Source of the DNA: Squalus acanthias
Lineage: Eukaryota
Assembly (NCBI GenBank): GCA_030390025.1
Contig: CM059432.1
Span: 120,840,001 to 120,904,000 of the forward strand
Direction: 5' to 3'
DNA length: 64,000 bases
A program made the translations under genes and the position numbers. Below the pieces are notes generated by a model. The model made no database searches. It saw nothing but the letters and a program-made list of their open reading frames with translations, and was not told where the DNA came from. Below, in pieces: positions 1 to 13,253 of this stretch (positions within the stretch are counted from its first letter, which is position 1; each line of letters begins with the position of its first letter).

Positions 1-16
1 GCTGATTGTACATTAG

Positions 17-395
17 GTGTCAGCCGTGGCTCAGTGGGTAGTACTCTCACCTCTGAGTTAGAAGACTGTGGGTTCAAGTTCTACTCCTTGAGACTTGAGC
101 AAAAAATCTAGGCTGACACTCCAGTGCAGTACTGAAGGAGTGCTGCACTGTTGTTCGGATAAGATGTTAAACCGAGGCTCCGTCAGCCCTCTCAGGCAGG
201 CGTAAAAGATACCACAACACTATTTTGAAGAAGAGAAGGAGAGTTCTCCTCAGCCTTGGCCAATATTTGTCCCTCAATCAAAATGACTAAAAGACAGATT
301 ATCTGATCATTAGCACATTGCTGTTTGTGGAACCTTGCTGTGCACAAATTGGCAGCCACATTTCTACGTTACAACATGCAAGCCTTTCTTTCTTT
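17..395 (+). mobile_element. tRNA-derived Deu-domain SINE (SacSINE1/AmnSINE1-like), 3' part partly deleted
   Basis: tRNA-like head (GTGGCTCAGTGG...GGTTCAAGT) followed by Deu core (...GATGTTAAACCGAGG...GTAAAAGAT...CAGATTATCTG...GCTGTGCACAAATTGGC); matches copies at 14245, 39325, 51480 and 51897. Confidence 0.8.
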
Positions 396-2613
396 CGTAT
401 ATGGTCAGTGGAAACTGATTGGCCGACTGCACTTCCTTTGTTCTAAACTTTCTTATGTTTCTTTGAGCACAAAAAACAAATCAATACGCCTCATGAAAAT
501 GAGTTAATTCTCTCCCCTCTCCGGAAATGACTGTTCACTAGTGACAATCCTTGGTATTTGTTTTAGGCAAGGTTAAGAAAAGAGTTGATTAATGTTTGGC
601 AGATGTATATAGGGCTGAATCCATCAACACTGTCAGACAAAATGGGCACAATACCCCTCCTCCCTTATCCACACACCACCAGTCGATCTGGTAAAAGAGA
701 CCATTAACTTCACTTGGGTGCAATTCCAACCCCACCCACCTCACTGGATCACCAGAAATTTATTACGTAAAATATATTGTAAATTCGCCCCGTCAAACAG
801 TTTCCAAAGTTCAGACCCATCAAACAGACAACACAAAACCTAATGAAACCCAGTGAAACTTCTTTTACTTAAACATCAGCAAGAGATTACAAGTAATCCG
901 ATAGGCTTGTAACATATAATAATTCCCAATTATACCTCAGCAGACACAGAGCTATCCATTTACTTTAAGCTCAAGCAAATCACCACATATGTACTAACAC
1001 CAGTGAGTGGTCAATCCGGCAGTGACTAGATGTATGATTTCTGGCAACTGACCAGGTCGTCTCCAACTGCAGCCCCGAGTGTTTTTTTACAGCATCTTTT
1101 ATACCTTAAAACTTGGCAGCCCTCCCACTGTGTACGTGTCCCTAATTATATGGCATAATGGTCATCAGTAGCTTTCAGTTCTTCTTATCAATAGTTCGTT
1201 GAGCTGCTGTGGGTGTCAAGGCCAGTTGCATTCCATAGTTTGAAGATGTTTTTGTCTTTGCACTGATTTCACAGCTCAATAGTCTGTTCTCACAGAACTT
1301 TAAAAGACTGTTTTCCATATCTGTGGAAAGACAATTGGCAGCTTTCACAGCTTATAAGTAGCATCTCAGCAACCAGTCTCTTGGCCTCGTGAATCATGAT
1401 GGTGCATAGTATTTGGTCAACTTTTAAGTTTGGTACAGCAAATAGTGTGTTCTACAAAGCTATAATGATAAACACAATGCATGTTGCACGATCTAAAAAT
1501 GTTATCCAGCTGAGTAAATCAACAAATTTCATAGCCAATTCAACTAAGCTAGGTAATCTTCAGTTAGTTTGACATGGCTGATCCAAAGTCATGCATTTCA
1601 CAAAAGCAAATGCACAACAGCAGATGGTTCAGTCGTAAATGTTTGGTAATTTACAAGAATACTGATGTGTGTGACACCAGGCATCAATACACAAAGCAGG
1701 AGAAGCAATTACAGAGACATAGTCAAATTGTATGTTTAATGGTGATTTATTGTTAAGTTGTGCACCTAACTCTGTATCTGATGAATAGTGGTGCATATTC
1801 TTCAGTAATTTATGCTCGACAGTCATATGCAAAACTAGTTGTCGTGGTTGCACGGAGAATTGTATTGACTTAAAAAAAATCGCATTCTCACATTCTTAAA
1901 TGAGTCATTGCAGGTGTATGTGACAGGAAAAATGTTTATAGATTAAAACTGTTTCGATATTATTAGACTGAGTGCTGCATCTAACGAATGAAAAAATAAT
2001 ATTAATTTATGCATTAAAATTTGGGACTATCCAGTAATAAGGAATTTGAATTTATTATGGTTGCTCCTTGCCGCCCTTTGACTTGTCCTCAGAAATTTGC
2101 AATCACAATATTTCAGTATTGTTTTAACTTTTTATAATCTCAATGTAAAGTATGATCTATACCATTGAAGCAGTGTACTAACATTAGCATGAAAAAATTA
2201 ATATTGCTCACTTGCCTGAACCATTCTTGAGAATATGCATGATATGTGGACTGCATTAATCACTATTTTAGATTTCAAACTCGTGTATTAAATAATGTTT
2301 CTACTATATAAGCAAATGGCCTTGTGGCACTCATTGCAATGCATCAGTGGTAAACACATGATAAATAGGTCATTACACTATTTCATCCCATCAGATGCAT
2401 TCATGACAAAAGGCAACTCTGCAATATTGACTGAATAATTCAATCCTGTCATCCCATACAGTAGGGTTTCAGAGTAATAAATTGCAATAGCAGCACAGCT
2501 TATTGACTACCAAGACACAAGAGAGTTGTGACTCAAGAAAAACACTTGGGGACTCATTCTTCAGGAATGACACATCTTACAGTGAGCTTTAGAAACCACC
2601 ACATGAGCAGAGT

Positions 2614-4801
2614 GGGCTAAAAATTGGATATCAGTAAAAACTTGCCGGTGCCACCGCCGGTCGGTGTTAACGGCTGCCAAAAATGGTGGTGCTCGCAGGG
2701 CCGGGAAATTGGCACTGGGGACTAATTAACATTAGCCCAGCGCTAAACTCATCGTGCAACGCCGTCCTAGTGGCATTCATCCCGACAGGGGGCCCCAATG
2801 TAGCGTGGCCGTTGCGTCATTGCAGCAAGAACAGCCTCTCGTTTGGTCTCTTAAAGGGAAACTGCCTCTGAAATGAAAAAAATAAAAATCATGTAAAAAT
2901 AGGCAGTTTTTAATCCTTACAGCGCAACTGCCATCTGAAAAAAATTAACATTAAAAAAATTCCCAAATGGGAGTCTTCAGTTTTTAAAGCTGAATTGCCT
3001 TCCGTACCTAAAAAAAATGGGAAAGGTGCCTCAGCACTAACACAAATGGTTCAGCAAGCCAGGGAAGGGGCACCCAGGGTCTCACACACAGCACTCCAAC
3101 CTTGTGAAGGGGGTCAACATTGCAAGAGAGGTCCTCTACCCACAGGGGCCAGGAGGCCCTCCAGAGAGAGCGATGTGGAACCAGATCACCGAGGCCGTCA
3201 CTGCCAGCAGAGTCGCCCCCACCACCTGGCTCCAGTGCCCAAAGAAGTTTCATGACCTCAGACCACTGGTCAAGGTCAGTTAATGCATTTTCAAGAGCTG
3301 TCTCCTACCAACTGTACCACTAGCCTCACACACTACTCAATGCATGACTCCCCTACCCCCCCAATCATTCATCTACCAACAATCTGTACTGAACATGAGA
3401 CACATCTCCCATTCCTAGTTTCACCTCACCCCTCAGAGGAGACGGTGCTGGCCATTCTTGGCAGGGGCATGGCTGAGCCCTTGGCCAGCGGCGGGGCTGA
3501 AAGAATGCAAGATGCTGGTATCCTCATAACTTATCCTCCTTCTGGCATGCACCTCTTTCTTTCCCGCCCTCCCCTCACCACAACTCCATCCTTGTGCCTT
3601 CATCATTTCACACACCCAAGAAATCCAGCCTGCCCAGCCAGTGGTTGATCAAGAAGAAGGAGAGGAAAGTGAAGAAGAAGAAGAAGAAACACTCCCAGCC
3701 ACCAGCTCCTCAAGGTTGACTAGCAAGGCCATTTACAGTGTCCCCCACTGAAAGTCAGCAGCCTTTCACCAGCCATGCTCCAGCCACTGGGCTAGCACTG
3801 CGTGACATCAATAGGATAGGCAAAGGCACACACAAGACACTCACTAAGGGAAGGCATAAGGGTGAGTAGTTGATTTCTTGATGTCATATTGGATGGATAG
3901 ATGTATAAAGTTGGATTGGAAAGTTTGCTTTATGGTGGCTTTTATTTCAGCATTGTGGCCAAGAGGACGCTGTGATGGCCAATATCAGGGGGAAAGTAAG
4001 GTGTAGGACAAATGTTGAAAGGGGAACTAGGGATGTGTTCACTGGTACCGCAGGCGGATGATTCCATCCTGGATATCCCGGCCAGAAAAGGGCTGTCTGG
4101 GTTGCATCCTTCCTTCTGATTCTTCCTCTTCTGCTTCCTCCTCTTCTGCGTCTTCCTCTTCTGCATCTTTCTTTCCTGCGTTTTCCACTTCCCTCTGCGA
4201 GCTGATGCTGTAAATCTGATATAAAAGCATAAAATGCTGGAAATACTCATCAGACCTTCTTCCGTGCTGTAACCATTCTGTGATTCTTTGATTCTAACTG
4301 TTTCTATCTCCATGGATGCTGCCTGACCTGCTGAGTATTTACAGCATTTTTTGTCTTCTCAGAGGCCTTCCTTTACCATCCGAGGCCTTGCAAGCATCCA
4401 GCAGCACTCCCTGCACTCCCTGCACACTTAAAAATCTTTTAGCATGTATTAAACCAAGCTACTATTTCAATAAAATAAAAAAACTCCAATCCAAAAGCTT
4501 AAATGCAAACTTACCTGAAATATGTGTGTGTCCCTTTAAGAAATGCTGACAGTGTCTGTCAGTCTGCTGCACGCTCGCTTTTCGGAGCAAGCTTAGGACC
4601 AAGCGCTGAACTGAGCGCTAAGGTCGGAGTTCGCAGAGGTGAGGTTAAGTCGGCGTTGCACGCCAGCTGACGTCACGCTCTCTTCATTTACACCTCCAGG
4701 GCCAGAGCAGCTATCAGCAGCACTAAGGTCCTCACCAAAATGGCTGCCATCGAGTCCTGCACCAGAGAAGGGCGCTAGAGTGGCGGCCGCCATTTTTCGC
4801 C
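2614..4801 (+). mobile_element. Non-autonomous PIF/Harbinger deletion derivative
   Basis: GGGCTAAAAATTGG left end; Myb exon remnant ~3060-3275 ending GTCAAG|GTCAGT; minus-strand transposase acidic tail (EEEDAEEEEAEEEESEG..IIRLRYQ) ~4039-4200; 3860-4110 resembles 20560-20810; right end approximate. Confidence 0.7.
4221..4357. mobile_element. Degenerate Penelope-like pLTR fragments in inverted arrangement
   Basis: AAATGCTGGAAATACTCA ... GATGCTGCCTGACCTGCTGAGTATTTACAGCATTTT, same sequence as copies at 22187, 35655 and 53650. Confidence 0.65.
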
Positions 4802-5117
4802 AGGTAAAAGTTCTTACAGAAGAAGAATGGAAAAAATAAAAGACTTCTGCTTAAGACACAGACTAAGAAAGACTTAAACCTATCAAAGACAAAGAAAAGC
4901 TTTCCATCTGAGTGACCCATGTGTCAGAAGGGCTTGTCCCTTTCTGTGTCAATCATGCCAAACAGATCAGTGCTGAAGCATTGATCCTCATACAGGTCAG
5001 CTCGACTTTTACAAACTCTCCTTACCTTACAGCCTTACTTTTAAAAAAAGCATGAACACAAATACGAGATATTCTGACCTGAGCCAGAAATAATGTTTTT
5101 CTGACTTAATTTATAAC

Positions 5118-5722
5118 TAGAGCTTTAGAATATAAAGGGGAGGAAGTTTTGCTACAACTATACAAAGTCCCAGTTAGACCACATCTGGAGGACTGTGTAC
5201 AGTTCTGGGAACTGCACCTTAGAAGGGATATATTGGCCTTGGAAGGACTGCAGTGCAGATTCACCAGAATATTACCAGGGCTCCAAGGGTTAGATTATGA
5301 GGAGAGATTACATTCTTGTATTCCCTGGAATATAGAAACTTAAGGGGTGATTTTGTTGAAGTTTTTAGGATTTTGAAAGAAATTGATAAGGTAGATCGAG
5401 AGAAACTTTTTTCTGCTGCTGGGGGAGTCTCGGACAAGGGGACATAACTTTGAAATCAGAGCCAGGCCATTGAGGAGAGAAGTTAGGAAACACTTCTTCA
5501 CACAGTTTGGTGGACGTGTGGAACTCTCTCCCACAAAATGTAGTAGATGCTAGTTCAATGAATAAATTTTAATCTGCAATCGATAGATTTTTGCTAGCCA
5601 AGGGTATTAAGGGATATGGAGCCAAGGTGGTTGGAAGGAGTTAGGATACAGATCAGCCATGATCTCAGTGAATGGCGGAACAGGCTCATGAGGCTGAATG
5701 GCCTACGCCTATGTTCCTATGT
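5118..5722 (+). mobile_element. CR1 LINE 3' fragment
   Basis: LQLYKVPVRPHLEDCVQFW...YEERL peptide; 3'UTR GATCAGCCATGATCTCAGTGAATGG and CCTATGTT tail repeats. Confidence 0.9.
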
Positions 5723-6830
5723 TAATTGCTTAAAAGCCTGTATTAACTACAGTATTTACTTTGCAGCACTCAGTTCAACTGTCGAACTCTATATTGTATA
5801 GGCATTCTCAAGCGGTTTACAGGGTACTTCTCTCCTGAATCTCAAAGACAACCCTTCAGGCAATTTTACAGGGCACTGTTACTACATTTGTGTTGTTAAT
5901 GTTTTTTCCACTTTTACACATTTTATTTCTGGTACTATCCTTATTTTATTGGTAACTTGTAAGACAAACCTAAAAACAATTGCTCCCAGAGTCACTTAAA
6001 TGAACTGTAAATGAAGCTTCTGGAAGACTTCAGCAGAATAGGAACTGTTGAGATAAAATCCACCTGAAAAAGAAATTGTTCCAATATAAAACTAAATAGA
6101 ATCATAAGGTATTTCAGTGCAAACTACAAAGTGGTGACTAGCAAGCTAAAGCAACATGAATGGTTTGAATTGCCATAAATATAGTATTTCATGGTTGAAG
6201 TGGCTCAAGATGGAAGAAGCTATTCCTGTAAGAACAGCAAGCACCAGAGCTGGATTGCCTGCACCTACCATTATGACACCATATATATCTGCACACTTAC
6301 ATGACATTGACAGAGGGGAACTTGCTACACAGGCTCCAGGTCAGCAGAGCATCAGTTGCAGAGTTATGACCCCTGTGCAAGGGCAACTGCAGCCATTCTG
6401 CACCATAGGAACTGTACTACCCATGACAGACAAGGTCACCAACTCCCTTAACTTTAATGTCTGCACCTCCTTCCAGGCTAGCGTAGAGATTGATTGCAGT
6501 ACCAGCCAATGCATTGACCACATATGTATCAAGCAGGTGACTAAAGTACTGGACAACCTATCTGTATGATGCATGGGCTCTTGCTGGCACACAAGAGGGG
6601 CTGTAGATTTATGGATCTTAGAATCCTTTCCACTCATCAGAGCCTGTTCCATTTCTGTGACACTGGACAGTGACCAAAAAATACAACCTGTGCCTGGACA
6701 CTTTGGAAAAGCCTAACTTGTTAAAGGACAGCCATCTAGGATTCAGGAGAGTGAATGTTAGTTTTTGGCTGTCCTTTACCCTTTTTACTCTTGGTATTTT
6801 CAACTTTTATGTTTTGGAATCCTCTGATAG

Positions 6831-6885
6831 ATGGACTTTAATTCCTTACATTGCAGAGAATGTACTGACTTGCCCTGATATCCAG
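6831..6885 (+). CDS. Putative internal coding exon of unidentified host gene ((R)WTLIPYIAENVLTCPDIQ)
   Basis: Pyrimidine-rich tract, GATAG| acceptor, CAG|GTAAAA donor; ends in phase 0, matching the exon at 12314; an alternative in-frame acceptor lies at 6856. Confidence 0.55.
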
Positions 6886-7796
6886 GTAAAATATTGTAGT
6901 ATTCCCGGGATAATGAGCAGAGAGTCACTTTTAGATTATTTCAGCTACTGGTTCTATCCCGTGCCCTCTTATCTGTAAAAAATGAGCGAATAACACTATG
7001 CTAGGTCTTGTTTTAGGTTTTAACAACCTAACAAATGTATTAAGTTTTAATAGAACAACCAAAGTTGCGGTACTTGCTAGCTCCTTGCGCAGTAGGAAAT
7101 AATAGTTTGTAACTCCTGTACTAGATTATACTGTATCATAATTACTATTTATATGTCTTTTTCTTTGATTTAGCTAAAGATTTTGAAAGTTTCAGCTTCA
7201 TGACAATGATTACAGACATAGTCTTGTCTCTTTGAAAGCCCAAAATAGACATACTAATTTGGAAAGGGCAAGCTCATGAATATGTTTAAAATGGAGACCA
7301 GAACCAAGCATAATTTAAACAACTGTTACACTCTTGCTGCAGTTTTTTTTATGAAGGCAATACTGAGATGGAAATTGCAAGTTATAGACTTGGATTTTCA
7401 GAAAGAGTTTGACAAGGTAGGACCAACAAAGTGAGAACGCTTAGGCACAGTGAAAAACTTAAAGAATATCACGATAAACCTGAGTTTGTCAAAGGGAACT
7501 CACGATTAAGCAACTTGCTGGAGCTTTTTCAAAGACAATACTGACAAGAAAAATACATTTAATAATATGTGAGAACTCTTATTCCATATAACAGCTATTG
7601 AAATGCATCATGTGCCACTACATGATTTCTCCTTTATATTTGCTGAAGGCAGACTGTAAAGCACTCTACTGAGACAGGGCATATACTTCAGATCAATAGC
7701 TGGTTTATTTACATGAATGAATGGTATACTGTTTCCACAGTGAAAACAAATATTTCCCTACCCTCTTTGTTTTCTGAAAAACAATGAAGATGTAGG

Positions 7797-8037
7797 TAAC
7801 TTTAATTCTCTGCTCCACTCGCACTCTGACCTTTCTGTCCTCGGACTCTTACACTGTTCCAATGAAGCTGAATGTAAGCTCGAGGAACAGCACCTCAACT
7901 TTCTATTCGGCACTTTACAGCCTTCTGGACTCAACATCCAGTTCAACAATTTCAGACCATAACCTCTGCCACCATTTTTTCAGATGGCAGCTGTTGATGT
8001 TTCTGCCATATCCATTTCCAACTCTCCTAGACTCATC
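7797..8037 (+). mobile_element. Penelope-like element 3' fragment (GIY-YIG C-terminus)
   Basis: Translates FNSLLHSHSDLSVLGLLHCSNEAECKLEEQHLNFLFGTLQPSGLNIQFNNFRP*, homologous to 41951-42225. Confidence 0.85.
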
Positions 8038-8885
8038 GGGCTGGATTTTCAATGACCCGTGGAGTCGGGTTTGGAGGCGGGGGGGGAGGGGGTTAAAGTT
8101 GCAGATTTGGGGGTCCCGACCCCATCCTGACTCCAACCCGCCTCCATGCCAGTTTCTCTGGCGGTGGGTACCCGACCTGTTCTGAGACCCAACTCCCCGA
8201 GGCGGGAAGGGATTAGTGATAATTAACTGCCTGTTAACAGGTAGTTAACAGGCAGTTTTTTGCATAATCCCTATTTTGAAAAGAAAAGTGTGGGCTTCCC
8301 GACAGGTGGCAACCACTCCAAGTTATCGGGGCGGGCCGTGGGTCTGCAGGGGTTGGAGGGGTCGATATGTCCGGTGGGCAGGTGAGTGATGGGTGCATGT
8401 GTGCAGAGGTAAGTGTGTAAGGTAAGTGCTAAGTGTTGGAAAAAGTTTTACTTACCTTAACTTCCTCCTGCAGGTGTCAGCCCTTCAGTTCTCGGGAGTT
8501 AGAAATCTCACCGGCACAGAAAGCAGGAAAGCCGTGGTTCTGTCAAAACCTGCAGCCTTCTGTTTTCTGTGCTGGAATGATTTCTAACTCAGCCTGAAAG
8601 GAAGGACTGAAGTTAGAAATCATATTGTGAGTATTTGACAGCTTCACAGAGCTGTCAAACGTTGATATTTCATCTGTCAAAAGCTCTTGACAGATGAAAT
8701 GTCAATCTGTGACGTCACCTGTTGCCGGGTGGCCCTTAATTGACCTGTTGAGCCCACTGGACGGGCTCAACAAGGTCAATCAAGGGAAAATACAGTGGGT
8801 TGGCCACATCTCGAAGAAGGCGGGTTCACAAGCCAGAATGTGTGATTCCCGACCCCAATCCGACCCCAGATTCAAAATCCAGCCT
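8038..8885. mobile_element. Non-autonomous Harbinger element (848 bp)
   Basis: TIRs GGGCTGGATTTT / AAAATCCAGCCT, 3-bp TSD ATC (8035-8037, 8886-8888); internally similar to 22414-23214. Confidence 0.85.
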
Positions 8886-8894
8886 ATCATTTGT

Positions 8895-9348
8895 TACATT
8901 TAGAAAACCAGAATACAATCAAGCAGAGTCAACATGGTTTTATGAAAGGGAAATCATGTTTAACAAATTTACTAGAGTTCTTTGAGGATGTAACGAGCAG
9001 GGTGGATAAAGGGGAACCAGTAGGTGTAGTGTATTTGGATTTTCAGAAGGCATTCGATAAGGTGCCACATAAAAGGTTACTGCACAAGATAAGAGCTCAC
9101 GGTGTTAGGGGTAATATATTAGACTGGATAGAGGATTGGCTAACTGACAGAAAACAGAGAGTCGGAATAAAAGGGTAATTTTCAGGTTGTCAAACTGTAA
9201 CTAGTGGGGTGCCACAGGGATCAGTGCTGGGGCCTCAACTATTTACAATCTATATTAATGACTTGGATGAAGGGACCGAGTGTACTGTTGCCAAATTTGC
9301 TGACGATACAAAGTTAGGTGGGAAAGCTAGTTGTGAGGAGTACACAAA
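8895..9348 (+). mobile_element. CR1 LINE RT-domain fragment
   Basis: [40 protein letters not shown] and FADDTK motifs. Confidence 0.95.
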
Positions 9349-9550
9349 GGGGCGATTTTATGACTGGGGGCTCGTTGGAGGCGGGACTGCTGCTTGGCGG
9401 GTCGATGTTCCGCCTCCATCGATTTGTGGCCAACCCACGCTATTTTCCCTTGATTGACCTTGTTAAGCCCGCCCAGCGGGCTTAGCAGGCCAATTAAGGG
9501 AAAGCCGGTTGCAGAGCACGTCAACGTATGACGTTTCATCTGTCAAAATT
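9349..9550. mobile_element. Truncated Harbinger terminus
   Basis: GGGGCGATTTT end; reverse complement resembles 23000-23214. Confidence 0.65.
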
Positions 9551-9786
9551 TTTTCATTTATTTAATTTAACAGGGCAATAGTCATGGGCTGGCAAGCACA
9601 AAACCCCAGTCGTGAAGTTAAAAATGAGCGAATTAGGGGTGAGACAACAGGAAAAGTTAACAGTGTTATGGAATAAATTACCAGGGAAGGGCACTGAAGT
9701 GGACAATATAAATGGTTCAAGAGACAATTAAATGTGTTGCTGGAGAGAAATTAAATCGAGGGATATGGTGAGAAGACAGTTACATA

Positions 9787-11506
9787 GGCCATGATTTTGA
9801 CGGCGCTCAGCGGACGGGATGGGTGGCGGGTCAGTTGTGAAATTTAAAATGAATCCGCTGTCAAAACGCGCGCACCTGCATTTCCCGATACCAGCGCTGA
9901 GCAGACCCGACAGGCAGTGGTGGGGGACGCAATCAATCATTAGTGGCTTGTTTACAGCCACTTAACAATGCTTTTTTTCCCAGCTTTTTGAATTTGACAG
10001 GTCGCCCACCGGTTTTCCGCTGTGCCTAGACCTCATCTGTGAAGCTGAGGCGGGAGGTCAGTGGCCATTGAATCAGCTGATGAGTTGACTGTTTGATCAA
10101 GTCAAAGTTCTCAGCTGATTGAGACATGTTCCCTTAACCACTAGCTTCTCTAAACTGCATTTCTACTACAGATTCACCATGCTGCAAGTCTTTACACAAG
10201 TCTCCATCCAGTCTGACCTCATTACCTCTCCCACCATTGACAGATCGCTTCTGTCATCTCTACTTCACCTGCCATTTATTCCATCAGCATCAGCACACTT
10301 TATACTCTCTCACCTTGGTCCTCAGAATCTGGCCATGATCAGCCCCAACACCAGCATCACCAGGCAAACCAGCAGCACCAACAACCACACCAACCATCTC
10401 TGCAATCAACTGATACTGCACAGGACACAGGGCATCAGCACCCGACCAGGGACGCCAGGGATGGCCTCACCATGGCCAGATTTACTTCACTTGATGTTGC
10501 ACATCTTGGCTGCCACATGATGCACCAGGTTGGCACCACCCCACACCAACAACATAAAGCATCCCTACAATGCCCACTTCATTCCTTTCACACACATAAC
10601 CATTGCAGGGGGTACCGTTATGTCTCACCATTCACTACAACTCACTAAGCCACTTCCAAAGGTGCACACAAATCTGTCCAAGAATGCAAAGTGTTGAAAA
10701 TAAAGATTTCAATGTTTGACAGCACATTAACAGAAACTTCACATGAACATTGGCTAGAACACACAAGTGCCGACCCTTGTGTGTTGTTAGTTGGTATGAT
10801 TGCACTAGGATGAGGGTGAGTGTGAGGGGTGGCTAGTGAGCTGGGGATGTGATAACCTAGATAGAGAGGGATGGGTGGAGGTTCAAGGTTAGTTGGTGTG
10901 AGTAAGGATGTGCAGGAGTAGGGTAGGGAAGGAAGTGTGATGGGGATGTGATGAGTGGCACAGCAGGATGAGGTTGAATGTGGCTTTGCAGTAACGTTTC
11001 GTGATTTACTGAGATCATTGAAAGGTTTGCGCCACTGCAGCCAGGTCCTCCTGACGACATCCCAGCTTGTGCCCTCCTGTGCAATGTGCAACCAGGCTGC
11101 GTTGGTCTCCTGGGGAGGTCTCTTCCGCCCATTGGAAGGGAAGAGGACCTCCCTGCGTGCTGTGAGTCCCTCCATAAGCATATGGTAGGAGTCATGGAGA
11201 GCCTGGGTGCAGCCGTGCACCTCTGTGCAGTGCTTGTCAGTGTTTGCAGCACCTCAATGCTGTAGAACACGGACAGCACAAATGTCAAAGCTAATTTGGC
11301 CATGGTCACTTTAAGGAAACCGGCTGATGGCATGTCATCAAATGACGTCATCAGACCCACTTCCTTCAATTGGCCGGCAAACGCGCTGTGCGGGCTTAAC
11401 AAGCCCAATCAGGGGAAATTCATGTCGGAGGCCGGGATGGAGACAGCCGGGACCCACCACCGACGTTGCCCGCCATGGACCCACCGAGGTAGGGAAAATC
11501 GAGGCC
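9787..11506 (-). mobile_element. Harbinger deletion derivative (same family as the 56383 element, opposite orientation)
   Basis: TIRs GGCCATGATTTT / AAAATCGAGGCC; minus-strand Myb remnant (REVLFPSNGRKRPPQETNAAWLHIAQE...RRTWLQWRKPFNDL); plus-strand transposase Q-rich N-terminus joined directly to its C-terminus at ~10320-10490. Confidence 0.85.
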
Positions 11507-11595
11507 ATTGTATTGATCCATGAAAAAGGGACAGGCTCAATGGGAATATTGGCCTTTACCCGTTCCTAAAAATCATAATGCTCTTTACAGTATTT

Positions 11596-12290
11596 GGGGT
11601 AGAGTTTCTGCCAGTTTGCCAAATTCTTCCGAGATCAGCCAGATCAGCGTAAAAAATCGAGGCATTTTAAGCGCAAACTACGTCCAGTGCAAATCGAATT
11701 TCCGTGACCTTTTACGTAGGTTTAAAAAACGTCACGCCCCCCCAGATAAAAATAATGAGCATGGCAAGTTTCTGCCGATTGCACCTGTTTGCAACCATTC
11801 AAGGAGGCTCTTAAAATTAAGGGTTTTTTTTAGATGCAAACATACTAGTAGACACCTTTTTAAAGGTTTTAAATATTGAAAAATATTTAATTTACTAAGT
11901 AACTGACTACTGTACACCAATTAAACTAGTAAATGTTTCTGTATAGTTTTTTTAACGTCATTTTCAGTGATTTAAAATCAGGTTACTCACAGGTAGTGGA
12001 CTGGACTTATTAAAAATGCTTATTTTTTGTGATAAACCCATTTTCAGCTGTATTAATAAATCCAGGTTACCACTCTTAAATACATCATGGAACTTTTTTA
12101 ATGCAAGGAAAAAAATAAAGAATAACGTTCTCAAAGGCTCCCCAATTGCACTGGTTCATGGAAGATTTTACGTTTGTGATTATGCAAATAAGTTTGAACA
12201 GAAACTTGAACCATAACTTCACTTTGGAAAACCCGCGAGCACAATTTGCACCCGGATTGCCGATTGTGCTCAAAGCGGAAACTTTACCTC
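11596..12290. mobile_element. Harbinger-type MITE (695 bp)
   Basis: TIRs GGGGTAGAGTTTC / GAAACTTTACCTC; TSD TTT. Confidence 0.7.
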
Positions 12291-12313
12291 TTTGTATTTA
12301 TTGTATCCCGCAG

Positions 12314-12458
12314 GAGACAGTTTCTTCTTTAATTAAGAAATTAGGTTTTCTCGGGGGATGTTGCAGGAAGGAGGAGTGTTGTCAACTTTGTGAAAAATTC
12401 CGGCATTATGAACTGACCTTCTCTAGAATGGAGCTCGAAGCATGTCCAAAGATCATTC
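12314..12458 (+). CDS. Putative internal coding exon of unidentified host gene (ETVSSLIKKLGFLGGCCRKEECCQLCEKFRHYELTFSRMELEACPKII)
   Basis: TTGTATCCCGCAG| acceptor, |GTGAGT donor, 145 nt open, phase 0 to phase 1, non-repetitive sequence. Confidence 0.7.
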
Positions 12459-13253
12459 GTGAGTGAAGTGCTGAACTTTGCCATTTTCTAATTGAATTGA
12501 GATATTCCTTAATAGTTCTTCATTTCATTAAGAGGGAGCTTTCCCATTAATTGATGACCTTTAAACATCACAGCTCTAGACCTGCTGCATCAAAAATCCA
12601 AAAGGCTTGAGCATGTTTCTATACCTTTATGTAACCACTGCATAGAGTGAAACGATTAAACCTTTGTGTACGATCTTCCTGTGTAATGGAATAGCCATAT
12701 TTCAGAAAAATACATCATCCTATGAACAGATTTTGATAATATTAATACATGACATACTGAGTTTAAAAGTCTGGAAAGCCTCGGTGACACAGGCTGCAAA
12801 CACAATACAGGCTTCTGAGATAAGGTGAAGTGTTACCAAAAGCTGTAAAACACCACAAGCTTTGAAATGGGAGTTGGTTGTAATCACAAAAAAATGGCCC
12901 TATTGAAGCAAACCATTGGCGCTTCCAGAAGGTCTGGAGTTTGGGAGAAACACAATGGAATGACCCAAGTAAAGTGTGATAAGCTAACACTCAGGGAAAC
13001 AGAAACTTAGAACATTAAAAAACCATGTGCCTTTGTAAAAGTAACATCAAATAAGACAGGAAACATGATTAAATATGCAACCAATTGAGATAACAAGAAA
13101 ACAAGTAAACACCCTAAGAGAAGTGGTTTTGATTTACATATTGTAAAATGTACCTACAGAAGACATTGAAAATATAATATCAATAGATGACACCAAGCAA
13201 TCACATTGTTTATGTGTTAAACTTGGAACACCACGGAGACAGGAGTCTGTGGT

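Noticed and set aside
600..1150. Possible minus-strand LTR
   Set aside because: Only compositional hints (TTTATT, TTTTATA); no termini or TSD
1200..1860. Possible ancient hAT transposase remnant (VIQLSKSTN resembles the QLDESTD motif)
   Set aside because: Only one weak motif, no sustained frame and no TIRs
6156..6652. Overlapping 137-aa and 103-aa ORFs
   Set aside because: No recognisable domain or splice support; consistent with chance ORFs
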